This document shows, piece by piece, positions 29,680 to 39,643 of a DNA stretch of 64,000 nucleotides. The notes under the pieces are model-generated. The model did not search any database. It had not been told where the DNA came from and was given only the letters and a program-made list of their open reading frames with translations. Each line of letters opens with the position of its first letter. Position 1 is the stretch's first letter. The DNA is from Candidatus Omnitrophota bacterium (GTDB taxonomy: Bacteria > Omnitrophota > Gorgyraeia > B26-G9 > JBDRCZ01): the NCBI GenBank assembly GCA_043821285.1, contig JBDRCZ010000058.1, positions 18,699 to 82,698 of the forward strand, in the 5' to 3' direction. The position numbers and the translations under genes were made by a program.

Positions 29680-31139
29680 TATTTCCCCACACAAAATTGA
29701 GAGAATATTATTTCAAGCATATCTGGCGAAGTTGTCTCGCCGGTAATTTCTCCTAATATATCCAACGTTTCTTTAACATCAACCGCAGCAAGTTCTTCGG
29801 AAAAATTATCATCGATCACCTCAAGCGCCCGGGAAAGAGCGGCCTTTGCTTCCCGCAGCAGATTAGCCTGCCGAATGTTCGTAATTAATTCATCATTGTT
29901 TTGCGGGATCTGTCCATGCCAGATAAGGTGCTCAATTGCCTGTTCAATCTTTTCTAATCCGGTAAAATTTTTTGCTGAAATACGCACGAGCGATGAACCG
30001 TTGGTATGAGCGGTCAGACGCTTTTCATCTATTTTTTGTCTCAGGTCAATTTTATTTATCACAATTATTAATTTCTTATTTTTTAGAAGATTAAATATTT
30101 CCCAGTCATCCTTATGAAGCCTTTCATCTCCGGCCAAAACAAAGATTGCCAACTCGGCGATGTTTATATATTCCTTAGCCTGTGCAACACTTTCTTTTTC
30201 CAGCCAGGAAGCAGTTTCAATAATCCCGGCGGTATCAGCAATTTTAAGCGGTATCCCCCGGATATTAACCACCTCTTCAACCGCATCCCGGGTCGTTCCC
30301 GGCAAAGAAGTGACAATCATTCGATCTTTTTTTAACAAGGCATTCATTAACGAGGATTTGCCGACATTCGGACGGCCGCAGATAACCGTGCGCACGCCTT
30401 CTCTTAATGCCTGTCCACCTTCTGAATTTTTTAACAGTTGATTTATTTCTTTTAGAATATTACCCCCTCCTTTGCGCAGCATATGCCGATTTTGAATGGT
30501 TAAATCCTCATCCGGGAAATCAATCGCCGCATTAAGCTGAGCCAGCAGTTCAAGTAATTCTCGGCGGATATTGTTTATTGCCAATATCACGCGTCCTTTT
30601 AATTGATGCAGGGCAATATTCAAACACTTATCCGTTCGCGCGCGAATAACATCGAGCACGGCCTCGGCCTGGGTTAAATCTATCCTGCCGTTCATAAACG
30701 CCCGGCGGGTAAATTCACCCGGGGAGGCAATTCTGGCGCCATACGATAACACCAGCTCTAAAACTCTCCTTAGCGCGACAATCCCGCCATGACAATTTAT
30801 CTCAACCACATCTTCTTTAGTATAACTTTTCGGCGCGCGCATTACCGTGAGAATCACTTCATCAACAAAATCTGCGGGCCGGTTATTTTTCTGAACTCTG
30901 AACTCTGTTTTCTGTTTTCTGTTTTCTGTTTTCTGACCGCTGTCTTTTGAACTGTTAACGATCCATCCATAATGCGTAGTATACGTTTTATAGTGCAGAG
31001 GGGATCGCTGGTCTTTGGCGAAAAAAATCCTATCTGCGATTTGCCTGGCTTCTTTCCCGCTTATCCGCACAATCCCAATACCGCCTTCTCCCGCCGGGGT
31101 TGATATTGCCGCAATCGTATCATCTAAATTCAATTTCAT
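29679..31139 (-). CDS. mnmE: tRNA modification GTPase MnmE
   Basis: DTIAAISTP, EINCHGG, GEFTRRAF, GRPNVGKSS, GTTRD, C-terminal FCVGK. Start taken at ATG 31139. Confidence 0.96.
   Translation of the reverse strand: MKLNLDDTIAAISTPAGEGGIGIVRISGKEARQIADRIFFAKDQRSPLHYKTYTTHYGWIVNSSKDSGQKTENRKQKTEFRVQKNNRPADFVDEVILTVMRAPKSYTKEDVVEINCHGGIVALRRVLELVLSYGARIASPGEFTRRAFMNGRIDLTQAEAVLDVIRARTDKCLNIALHQLKGRVILAINNIRRELLELLAQLNAAIDFPDEDLTIQNRHMLRKGGGNILKEINQLLKNSEGGQALREGVRTVICGRPNVGKSSLMNALLKKDRMIVTSLPGTTRDAVEEVVNIRGIPLKIADTAGIIETASWLEKESVAQAKEYINIAELAIFVLAGDERLHKDDWEIFNLLKNKKLIIVINKIDLRQKIDEKRLTAHTNGSSLVRISAKNFTGLEKIEQAIEHLIWHGQIPQNNDELITNIRQANLLREAKAALSRALEVIDDNFSEELAAVDVKETLDILGEITGETTSPDMLEIIFSQFCVGK
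30890..30945. repeat. Heptamer tandem array inside mnmE
   Basis: (TCTGAAC)2(TCTGTTT)4 TCTGACC GCTGTCT, encoding DSGQKTENRKQKTEFRVQ. Confidence 0.88.
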
Positions 31140-31140
31140 C

Positions 31141-32487
31141 TCAAACCTCAACTCCCAAAACTTCCATTGCCTCTCCCAAGACATAACATGAGCCGGTAAT
31201 CAAAATTATATCATCACGCGCGGCAATACGTTTTGCCGCGGCGATAGATGAAGGTATGTCCATCATAACCTCCCGCCGGCCAGAATATCCATTTAGCATC
31301 TTTTTTAAATCTTCCAGGGAAAAAGCGCGGGGATTTTTTGCACTGGTGAGAATGATCTGCCCGGCAATACCGCTCAATATTTCAAGGAAACTTTTTACAT
31401 CCTTATCTTTGGACATTCCGACAATGGCAATCACTTTATTATAGACAAACACATCTCTTAATGTCTTCTTGACCGACAAAAGCGAAGCATTATTTTGTGC
31501 GGCGTCTAAAATTATATAGGGCTTTTCTCCAACCACCTGCATTCTCCCCGGCCATCTTGTATTCATTAATCCTTTTTTTATCGCCAGCGGAGAAAGAACG
31601 GTATCAAACAAACGCAGCAGTTCCACCGCACCCAGGGCCGCGGTAGCATTAACCACTTGATGATGTCCTAAAAGATGAATTTTCAATCCGCGGTAATTAT
31701 CTCTAAAAATCCCTTCGACATCGAAAAACGTCTCTTTCATATTCTGTACGACTGACCCATAAACCAGCTCTCTTCCCACTTCATATAATTTACTGTTGGT
31801 ATTTCTACAACTCTCTTGCACAACTTTTAAAACCTCTATTTGCTGCGGGGCAGTAACGACTAAGTAATTATGCTTAATAATCCCGCTTTTTTCTCTGGCA
31901 ATTTTTTCCAGACAATCACCGAGAAGTGAGGTATGATCTAAACTAATATCGGTAATAACCGCAACCTGGGCACGCACGACATTTGTCGCATCAAGCCGGC
32001 CCCCCAGTCCGGTTTCCAAAACAGCATAATCCACTCTTTTTTTTGCAAAAAACATAAATGCGATTACGGTCAAAACATCAAAGAAGCTAAATTCCCCGAT
32101 TTGCTGCTCTGTCTTAAGTTTTTCGATCTGGGGAGAAATCTCACTAATCAGCCCGGCAAACTCCTCATCTGTTATATAACTATCCTTTGTCTGCAAAGGG
32201 GTAGGAGTTGCTGCTCTTATTCTTTCTCTAAATGAAATCAGATGCGGTGAAGTATAAAGACCAACCCGATATCCGCCGGCTTTTAGAATATTATAAATAA
32301 ACGCACAGGTCGAACCTTTACCTTTTGTTCCGGCAACATGAATCAGATTAAACTTTGTCTGTGGATTTCCAATAAGCGCCAGCAGCTTTTCTACCCTTTC
32401 CAGTTTAAAGTCAGTATAAGAAAAGTCTGTCTTTTTTTCATAATCAATAAACGCATTAATATAATCAAGAGTTTGTTGATAATTCAT
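31141..32487 (-). CDS. folC: Folylpolyglutamate synthase/dihydrofolate synthase
   Basis: HVAGTKGKGST, YTSPHL, ETGLGGRLDATN, WPGR. Confidence 0.95.
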   Translation of the reverse strand: MNYQQTLDYINAFIDYEKKTDFSYTDFKLERVEKLLALIGNPQTKFNLIHVAGTKGKGSTCAFIYNILKAGGYRVGLYTSPHLISFRERIRAATPTPLQTKDSYITDEEFAGLISEISPQIEKLKTEQQIGEFSFFDVLTVIAFMFFAKKRVDYAVLETGLGGRLDATNVVRAQVAVITDISLDHTSLLGDCLEKIAREKSGIIKHNYLVVTAPQQIEVLKVVQESCRNTNSKLYEVGRELVYGSVVQNMKETFFDVEGIFRDNYRGLKIHLLGHHQVVNATAALGAVELLRLFDTVLSPLAIKKGLMNTRWPGRMQVVGEKPYIILDAAQNNASLLSVKKTLRDVFVYNKVIAIVGMSKDKDVKSFLEILSGIAGQIILTSAKNPRAFSLEDLKKMLNGYSGRREVMMDIPSSIAAAKRIAARDDIILITGSCYVLGEAMEVLGVEV

Positions 32488-32763
32488 ATCCTAATGAATC
32501 TTCCCCGCAGCAAGCGGCGGGGCATCTTCATACACGGAAAATGTAACCATTTTCCGGTCACCCGCCTAGGCAAACTTTTATCTTTCACAAGGCGCTAGCG
32601 GATCTTCGACAATTTCGCAAAAAACAAAAACATGCTACCCCGCAGAAACTACCGGGAATAATCACGTTTATTTTTAAATTTTTTTCTATCCTCTGCATAC
32701 AACATACGATTCTCTGTATCTGCGATCATCTGTATTTTTACATCTGTGGTCATCTGCGTATCA

Positions 32764-34329
32764 TTAGTGCCGAAAATGCCTTGTTGATGTAAAGACCATA
32801 CAAATCCCGGCCGCATTTACCACGCGGACTACCTCATCATCACGCACCGAGCCACCCGGCTGAATAATACAAGACACCCCCGCCTTGATTGCCGTTTCTA
32901 CGCCATCAGCTTTAGGAAAAAATGCATCACTGGCAAGCACGGAATTCTTAGCATTAATCCCGGCTTTGCGCACCGCGATAATTACCGCATCAATTCTACT
33001 CATCTGTCCTGCACCAATACCCACGGTACGCCGGCCCTGGGCAAGAACGATCGCATTCGATTTGACATGCTTACATATCTTCCAGGCAAACATCATCGAC
33101 TGGAGCTGTTCCTCCGTCGGGCTGCGTTTTGAGACATATTTCAGGTCATTTATCATGATTGTTTTTAAGTCCCGCGACTGCACCAGCATTCCCCCAACAA
33201 CTTTTTTTATATCTAACTCTGATTCATCACGATTTGCTGTAAGCCGTGGCAGTTCTAAAATTCTTAAATTTTTCTTCTGTTTAAGCAATATGAGCGCCTT
33301 TTCCTCATAACCCGGGGCAATAACACATTCGATAAATTCTGCCAGCATTACTTCTCTTGCCGTCTCCGTATCAACGGCACGATTAAAAGCAACAATACTG
33401 CCAAAGGCCGAAAGGCGGTCGCATTCCAATGCATCAGAAAAGGCCTGTGCCAAAGCAGCGGCAGAAGCCGCGCCGCAGGGGTTATTATGTTTTATGATAC
33501 TTACTGTTGGCAGATCAAAATCTTTCACAATTTCAAGGGCCGCATTTAAATCAAGGATATTATTAAACGAAAGTTCCCTACCGTGAAGCTGTGTCGCGGT
33601 GGCCAGGCAAGGTTCCCCCACCGCCGCTTGTTTATAAAATGCCGCTTTTTGATGAGCGTTTTCTCCATAGCGCAATTCCTGCACTTTAGACAAACTAATA
33701 TTAAAAGATGGCGGAAAAATTCCTTTTTGCTGCTCGCCTGAAATAGAGCTTAAGTATCGGCTTATGGCCTGATCATAAGTTGAGGTGTGTTCAAACACTT
33801 CCCTGGCAAGAAAAAATTTCGTCTTTGCAGATAAACTGCAATCATTCCCTTTTAACTCTTTGATTATTTCCTGATAACGCACGGGATTACAGATAACCGC
33901 GACACTCTGATAATTTTTAGCTGCCGAGCGAAGCATTGCCGGCCCGCCAATATCAATATTCTCAACAGCTTCCTCAAGGGTAACGTTCGGTTTTTTTATT
34001 GTTTGCTCGAAAGGGTAGAGATTAACCACCACCAGGTCAATTAATTCAATTCGCAGCTCTTCCACCTGCTGCATATGCACCTTATCTTCCCTACGGGCTA
34101 ACAATGCCGCATGAATTTTTGGATGCAGGGTTTTTACCCGGCCATTCAATATTTCTTTAAATCCGGTATAATCAGACACCAGCCGGACATTGATATTTAA
34201 ACTTTTTATCAACTTTGCCGTACCGCCGGTAGAAAGCATCTCGACGCCCAATTTATCCAGCTCACGAACAAACTCTTCCAGTCCGGTTTTATCCGAGACA
34301 CTTATCAAAGCTCGTTTAATTTTAGCCAT
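32764..34329 (-). CDS. purH: Bifunctional AICAR transformylase/IMP cyclohydrolase
   Basis: ALISVSDKTG, GRVKTLHP, IDIGGP, LRYGEN, KHNNPCG, ASDAFFP, RHFRH. Confidence 0.97.
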   Translation of the reverse strand: MAKIKRALISVSDKTGLEEFVRELDKLGVEMLSTGGTAKLIKSLNINVRLVSDYTGFKEILNGRVKTLHPKIHAALLARREDKVHMQQVEELRIELIDLVVVNLYPFEQTIKKPNVTLEEAVENIDIGGPAMLRSAAKNYQSVAVICNPVRYQEIIKELKGNDCSLSAKTKFFLAREVFEHTSTYDQAISRYLSSISGEQQKGIFPPSFNISLSKVQELRYGENAHQKAAFYKQAAVGEPCLATATQLHGRELSFNNILDLNAALEIVKDFDLPTVSIIKHNNPCGAASAAALAQAFSDALECDRLSAFGSIVAFNRAVDTETAREVMLAEFIECVIAPGYEEKALILLKQKKNLRILELPRLTANRDESELDIKKVVGGMLVQSRDLKTIMINDLKYVSKRSPTEEQLQSMMFAWKICKHVKSNAIVLAQGRRTVGIGAGQMSRIDAVIIAVRKAGINAKNSVLASDAFFPKADGVETAIKAGVSCIIQPGGSVRDDEVVRVVNAAGICMVFTSTRHFRH

Positions 34330-34349
34330 AAGTATAAACTCTCCTTTCT

Positions 34350-34432
34350 ATTTGACATTTGTCATTCTTTAGGCTATCCTCTTTCTTTTTGACATTTGTC
34401 ATTTGACATTTGTCATTCTTTAGGCTATCCTC
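34350..34432. repeat. 32-bp exact direct repeat built from TGACATT/TGTCATT heptamers
   Basis: ATTTGACATTTGTCATTCTTTAGGCTATCCTC at 34350-34381 and 34401-34432. The second copy contains the upstream gene's stop codon. Confidence 0.85.
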
Positions 34433-34832
34433 CAAGCAGATGTATCTTTTCAAGCACTTCATCATTGACATATACCGGAGTGCCGGTACGCACGGATAAG
34501 GCAATGGCATCACTAGGACGGCAATCAATTTTTTTAGATACACTCCCGGAATTTACTAAAACCAATTTTGCATAAAAAGTACCTTCCTGTAATCCATCAA
34601 TTATCACTTTTTCCAATTTAAAACCAAGCCCTTCAATTAAATTTTTTAATAGATCGTGGGTTAAAGGCCGCGGGGGGAGGATTTTATTGATTTTCATTTT
34701 TATTGCCGCGGCTTCCGCCAAACCAATCACAATGGGCAATTCCCTTTTCTTGCCATTTTTTTCCTTCAAAACAATAATCTGCTCATCTCTCTTCTCATGT
34801 AATATTATCCTCGATAGCTTCATCTCTACCAT
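34425..34832 (-). CDS. Bifunctional nuclease (DUF151) family protein
   Basis: LPIVIGLAEA, PRPLTHDL, GTFYA, DCRPSDAIAL. Confidence 0.9.
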   Translation of the reverse strand: MVEMKLSRIILHEKRDEQIIVLKEKNGKKRELPIVIGLAEAAAIKMKINKILPPRPLTHDLLKNLIEGLGFKLEKVIIDGLQEGTFYAKLVLVNSGSVSKKIDCRPSDAIALSVRTGTPVYVNDEVLEKIHLLGG

Positions 34833-34856
34833 AACCAGTCTCCTAACGCCTCATTA

Positions 34857-35087
34857 GGTTTTGTCAAAAACTTTCGTATTTTTTAAGTACCCATACACAG
34901 ATTACAAACAATCACAGATTACAAGCAATCACAGCTTTTTACAGATTATTATTTTTTTAGCCGTGTCCAATTCGTGAAAATCTGTGGCGTTATGTCTTTC
35001 TTTTTTAATATTAACTATCTGCTTGATCCGTGCCATCCGTGGTTCTATGGTTTCATTTCTGCGCACTCATAACACTTTTGACACTAC
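34857..35087. mobile_element. MITE-like element, family B
   Basis: GGTTTTGTCAAAA ... TTTTGACACTAC ends, with internal CACAGATT and ATCTGTG repeats. Confidence 0.5.
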
Positions 35088-35689
35088 ACTCCCATAGAAC
35101 TAAGCAGTTTAGTGACCATTGCATCCTCGATAAAAAACGAAATTGTTCCCAGCAATGTTTTCTGCAAATCAGATAAAATAAAATCCGTTTCGATACCCAA
35201 AATCTCATTTTCTCCCAGGTATTTCTTTACAAATTCAAATAGCGAGACCTCTGTCACCATACTTATTGCGGCAGCATCCTGCAAAGCATAACTTACTCCT
35301 AACATTCTTGAAAGGGCATTACTATAGGCAAAAGCAAGCATCACGGCAAATTCTTTAAAAATTGACAATTTATCTTCATTGGTCAATATTTTTTTCTCTA
35401 ACTGGTCTATGCGCACGAAATTAGTATTAAAGATCATCGAACATTCTGGGGTAAAAAACAGTAACGTATGCGCTTTGAACTGACCCTCAATATGCACGTG
35501 TGAGGTCATAAATATCTCCCGGTTTTTTTCCACCGGGTCAGGTAATTGTTTTGGATAACGTTTTATTTTCGGCAAAGATACATCCACGGTATTATTGAGC
35601 AGTTCACTGACCAAAGTTGCCGTATTGCCAATACCAATATTACCTAATTCTTTAAGCGCCGAAAGCTGGATCTCAGTTAACTTTTGCAT
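35084..35689 (-). CDS. CheC-like phosphatase family protein
   Basis: SALKELGNIGIGNTATLVSELL. Second site degenerate (FKEFAVML...YSNALSRML). Confidence 0.7.
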   Translation of the reverse strand: MQKLTEIQLSALKELGNIGIGNTATLVSELLNNTVDVSLPKIKRYPKQLPDPVEKNREIFMTSHVHIEGQFKAHTLLFFTPECSMIFNTNFVRIDQLEKKILTNEDKLSIFKEFAVMLAFAYSNALSRMLGVSYALQDAAAISMVTEVSLFEFVKKYLGENEILGIETDFILSDLQKTLLGTISFFIEDAMVTKLLSSMGV

Positions 35690-36086
35690 TAACCCTTTTA
35701 TTTTTTCTCCCTTTTATTTTATTTAATATTTTTTTAAAACGGACATCCTGTTTAATGTTATCTAAATCTTTATCTCTTAACATATATTCATAATCCCGAT
35801 AACCCAGTTTTACGGCTTTTCCCAACGTTTCGATTGCTAAATCGTAAGATTTTGTTAACGCATAGCTACAGGCTAAATTATACCAGACTACCGGGTCATG
35901 CGGCCGAAGGGTTGTCAGTTTTAAATCTATGTTCAATCCTTGATCATACATCCCGCAACGCGTATAATTCTCTGCCAAAGGAAACAATGCCTCAATAAAA
36001 TCATCTTTATCTTTAATTAAATTTTTAAAAAATTCGATTTCAAAATTCAACTGCCCGTATTTAGCTTTTTTATTTGCTTTCATCAT
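35673..36086 (-). CDS. TPR repeat protein
   Basis: VWYNLACSYAL...AVKLGY...DKDLDNI. Confidence 0.8.
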   Translation of the reverse strand: MMKANKKAKYGQLNFEIEFFKNLIKDKDDFIEALFPLAENYTRCGMYDQGLNIDLKLTTLRPHDPVVWYNLACSYALTKSYDLAIETLGKAVKLGYRDYEYMLRDKDLDNIKQDVRFKKILNKIKGRKNKRVNAKVN

Positions 36087-36397
36087 CGAGGATTTTTACG
36101 ATTTTGACAACCCGTTTTGAAAAGCTCTGGGCTGCCGCTTTCAAAATGAATCTCCCCCTCCGCCGGCGGGGGGTATTTTCACCCCGGAAAACACAACGCA
36201 TTTTCCGACACAAGGAAGCCAATTTTTTATCCATTTGAAAACCGCAGGTTTTCAAACTTTAAATAACCCGCCATACCTTTTGGCGGAGAATTTAATCCCG
36301 TCCTGCGGCAGACAAGCCTGTCCGCCAATTCCACCAAAATACTGGCGGACATTAAGCTTATTCTTTCCCTAAACACTGTCACCCTGCAACAAAACCG

Positions 36398-36583
36398 CTA
36401 TGTAATTTTAATTGCATCTACCGGACAATCATCGGCTGCTTTCTTGGCACAATCTTCCTGTTCAGACGGTACCGGGTCAATCAATACTTTAGCCTTATCA
36501 TCATCCATCTCATATACAGCTGAACACGTATCCGCACAAAGACCGCAGCCAATACAATCATCTGCAATAACTGTAACTTTCAC
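36398..36583 (-). CDS. Ferredoxin (single cluster)
   Basis: CIGCGLCADTC...CPVDAI. RBS AAGGAGGGG. Confidence 0.92.
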   Translation of the reverse strand: MKVTVIADDCIGCGLCADTCSAVYEMDDDKAKVLIDPVPSEQEDCAKKAADDCPVDAIKIT

Positions 36584-36651
36584 CTTGCTATCCCCTCCTT
36601 AAAATGCGCACGTAACTTATAGAATGCAGTGAAGATAAGTTACTATGCAAA

Positions 36652-36714
36652 ATAAAAAAATTCCTTCGGAATCTTTTTATCCATTTGAAAACCGTAGGTT
36701 TTTAAACTTTCCCT
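36652..36714. repeat. Family A repeat copy (partial copy also at 36222-36260)
   Basis: ATAAAAAAATTCCTTCGGAATCTTTTTATCCATTTGAAAACCGTAGGTTTTTAAACTTTCCCT. Confidence 0.85.
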
Positions 36715-36913
36715 CCAAAAGATCACCCTCTATCAAGCTATAGGGAATAATTAAGTTTAATCCGCCAGCCCGCCACAACGCTTCGTGCGGGTCTTCTATT
36801 TATGAGGCAGATATTAAACAATACTGTTGTATTTTATAAATATCAGACACGGAGTATATTATTTTACCTTTTATCATTACTTTTATCAACAATTTCTTTG
36901 CAAGTTTATATTT

Positions 36914-37624
36914 TTAAACCGAAAGTCTTCCGGCGATAAAAAGGAAATATTCTCCTGTTGAAATCATTATAAATCCAAATATTTTTTTTATTTTAACCAT
37001 CCACCGGCCGGCCTTAGGGAGACTAAAGAGAAAACCGGCAAAAGTTCCTGCAATAAGTAAAATCATCCCTAGTCCCAGGGCAAATGTAAACAGTAGTGAA
37101 ATGCCAAAAATAACATTTTGTTTTGCGGCGACAAAAGTTAAAATCACCGCCAATACCGGCGCAGTACATGGACCAAGAACAAGTCCTGATGCCGCACCAA
37201 TGAAAAATGCTCCAAGGGGGCCTGGCATTTTTCTTGCCGCTCCCGGTTCTTTCAAAAATGCCGGCAGCGGCAGTTCATACACCTCGAGCATCGAAAGCCC
37301 AAGCAATATACAAACATTCGCCACAATAAAATAAGTAATTGGATTTGCCTGTCCCCGGCCAAATAATTTACCGCTCAATGCGGCCACCGCACCAAGCACA
37401 GAATAAGTTACGGCCGTACCGAGCACATAAAACACACTGAGTAAAAACCCCCGCATACGCGAACCCGCGCTCTCTGCACCAATATAGCTGACCGTAATCG
37501 GCAGGATCGGGTAGATACAGGGGGTAAAACTGGTAAAAACACCGGCAACAAACACAACCAAATAAGCAAGCAAACTCGCGGAGTTTAGATAAAACTCTAA
37601 GTTACCGGTCAAATTTTCAATCAT
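36914..37624 (-). CDS. ccdA: CcdA/DsbD transmembrane thiol-disulfide transporter
   Basis: SFTPCIYPILP and GPCTAPVL cysteines in a polytopic membrane protein. Confidence 0.85.
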   Translation of the reverse strand: MIENLTGNLEFYLNSASLLAYLVVFVAGVFTSFTPCIYPILPITVSYIGAESAGSRMRGFLLSVFYVLGTAVTYSVLGAVAALSGKLFGRGQANPITYFIVANVCILLGLSMLEVYELPLPAFLKEPGAARKMPGPLGAFFIGAASGLVLGPCTAPVLAVILTFVAAKQNVIFGISLLFTFALGLGMILLIAGTFAGFLFSLPKAGRWMVKIKKIFGFIMISTGEYFLFIAGRLSV

Positions 37625-37944
37625 ACAAACTCCCGTACTTCCTTGGCCAATTGTTCTTTCGGCTGAAATCCGCTGCTTTGCTTTACAACACTGCCCTGCT
37701 TAAAAATCATAATTGTCGGAACGCTCATAATCCCGAATTTTGCTGCCAGCTCCGGACTTTCTTCGACATTAACTTTACCCACTTTTACATCATCCCCCAG
37801 AGAAACAGCCAGTTCTTCAATAACCGGCGCCATGCGTTTACACGGTGCACACCACTCGGCAAAAAAATCAACCAGCACTGGTTTATCTGATCCGAGCACT
37901 TCCGTTTGAAAATTGTGATCATTTATTTGAAAGACACCAGCCAT
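37621..37944 (-). CDS. trxA: Thioredoxin
   Basis: VDFFAEWCAPCK, SVPT. Confidence 0.92.
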   Translation of the reverse strand: MAGVFQINDHNFQTEVLGSDKPVLVDFFAEWCAPCKRMAPVIEELAVSLGDDVKVGKVNVEESPELAAKFGIMSVPTIMIFKQGSVVKQSSGFQPKEQLAKEVREFV

Positions 37945-38232
37945 AATCCCAACCCTCCTTTAAGTTACCGACATCGTGTGGTTTTTCATAATTTCTGTAA
38001 CGATTATCTACGACATAATGAAATTCCAAAATTCAAATGACAAAATCCAAATGAATCCTCAAATATTTTAATCATAAAAGAAAAAAAATAAACCATTGAT
38101 GTTTTTTATTTGCCTGCCCGCCGTGATTTTTGGCGGGTCATTTTTTTGTTAAACGATTCATTTGCTTGTCCGCCAACGCCTTGTGGCGGAACATTTGTCA
38201 TTTCTAATACACGTGCCTCTCTCATCTACCTA

Positions 38233-38922
38233 TTAGTACGCCCGGTGTCTATTTTTTCTTACAAACAAAACACCCAAAACTATCCCGCTGGCAAATCCTC
38301 CGATATGTGCCCACCAGGCAATACCGCCTTTCATTAATGCTGCATAAGGCAAGGATACCAGCCCGTTTAAAAACTGCATAATAAACCATACTCCCAAAAA
38401 GAATACTGCCGGGACCTCGATAATTTGCCAAAAGAAAAAAATCGGAATCAAGGTAACTACCCGCGCACCGGGGAAAAATAAAAAGTAAGCACCAAGCACT
38501 GCTGCAATCGCACCGCTGGCACCCATACTTGGAATTTGCGAACCAGCATTTGAAATAACCTGGGCAATATTACCACATCCACCGCAGAGCAAGTAAAAAA
38601 TCACGAATCTAACATGCCCCATTGAATCCTCAACATTATCCCCAAATATCCAAAGATACCACATATTACTTATAAGATGCATCCATGATCCATGTAAAAA
38701 TATTGAGGTAAAAAGTGTTTTACCGGCAACAATACAACCAAACCACCCCTCATTAATACAAGCGGTTAAGGTACTGGGAACAAGGGCAAATTGTTCAATA
38801 AAATTACCCAAATTTCTACCTAAGGACACCTCATAGACAAAAATTAAGCTGTTTGCAGCAATTATGCTTAATGTAACAAACGGGAAAGTTTTCGAACAAG
38901 TATTATCTCGTAATGGGAACAT
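38233..38922 (-). CDS. Rhomboid intramembrane serine protease
   Basis: FLHGSWMHLISNM, GASGAI, WWAHIGGF. Confidence 0.93.
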   Translation of the reverse strand: MFPLRDNTCSKTFPFVTLSIIAANSLIFVYEVSLGRNLGNFIEQFALVPSTLTACINEGWFGCIVAGKTLFTSIFLHGSWMHLISNMWYLWIFGDNVEDSMGHVRFVIFYLLCGGCGNIAQVISNAGSQIPSMGASGAIAAVLGAYFLFFPGARVVTLIPIFFFWQIIEVPAVFFLGVWFIMQFLNGLVSLPYAALMKGGIAWWAHIGGFASGIVLGVLFVRKNRHRAY

Positions 38923-38941
38923 CTTTTGTTACAATCTCACA

Positions 38942-39004
38942 ATAAAAAAATTCCTTCGGGATCTTTTTATCCATTTAAAAACCTACGGTTTTCAAACTTT
39001 CCCT
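38942..39004. repeat. Family A repeat copy
   Basis: ATAAAAAAATTCCTTCGGGATCTTTTTATCCATTTAAAAACCTACGGTTTTCAAACTTTCCCT. Confidence 0.85.
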
Positions 39005-39357
39005 TCTAAATCTATCCAGGGAATAAACCCACTGTGAATTACCAAGGAAAATATTTTAACAAAATATAAAAACTAATTCAAGCAAAATCTGCAAATTTTC
39101 CTGTTTTTTTTGCAAAAAATTCATAACCCTTTATTTCATAGATAGTTATATAAAAATTGTCGGTTTACGTGAGTTTTCGTGTTTTAGTTGGTTTTTTGTT
39201 TTTCAACGAAAATTTTTATTTAGACAAAACCAGTTTCCTGATAGTTGATAAATTTATATTATAGAAAAGAATAAAAAGATATTCTTCGTATCTTGCGTAA
39301 CGTATAACTTGAACATTAACGTTATGCAACGTATAATAAAATTTTTTATAAAATATC

Positions 39358-39386
39358 TTGAAAATTCATAACATATGTGCTATACT
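39358..39386 (+). promoter_or_regulatory. Sigma70-type promoter for HD-GYP gene
   Basis: TTGAAA-17 nt-TATACT with TG extended -10. Implies a ~250-nt leader. Confidence 0.6.
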
Positions 39387-39564
39387 TAGATTATTCTATT
39401 TTTTACTACCTTAAAAACAAAAACATGTTACCCTCTATTAAGTTAGCGGGAATAATCAAGTTTAACCTCAAGATGGATAAATTTCCCCGCCATGTTTTTT
39501 GGCGGGTCATCTAAGGATAAGCTTAATATCCCCCCAGTTTTCTAACGAAAACAAGACCGGGGGA

Positions 39565-39636
39565 TAAATTTGCAGACGGACGTTGTCCTACAATTTACGA
39601 AATTAACACTTCGTAAATTGTCTGTTCATTTAAGGA
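39565..39636 (+). repeat. Family C structured element, third copy
   Basis: Reverse complement of the 24008-24080 unit. Ends in AAGGA 7 nt before TTG 39644. Confidence 0.88.
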
Positions 39637-39643
39637 TTATTTT

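Noticed and set aside
34322-34543. 73-aa ORF with repeated EDSLKNDKCQ
   Set aside because: Translation of the 32-bp direct repeat, overlapping DUF151 and purH in another frame.
36070-36255. 61-aa ORF upstream of TPR gene
   Set aside because: Starts inside a family A repeat fragment and crosses a GC palindrome. Likely spurious.
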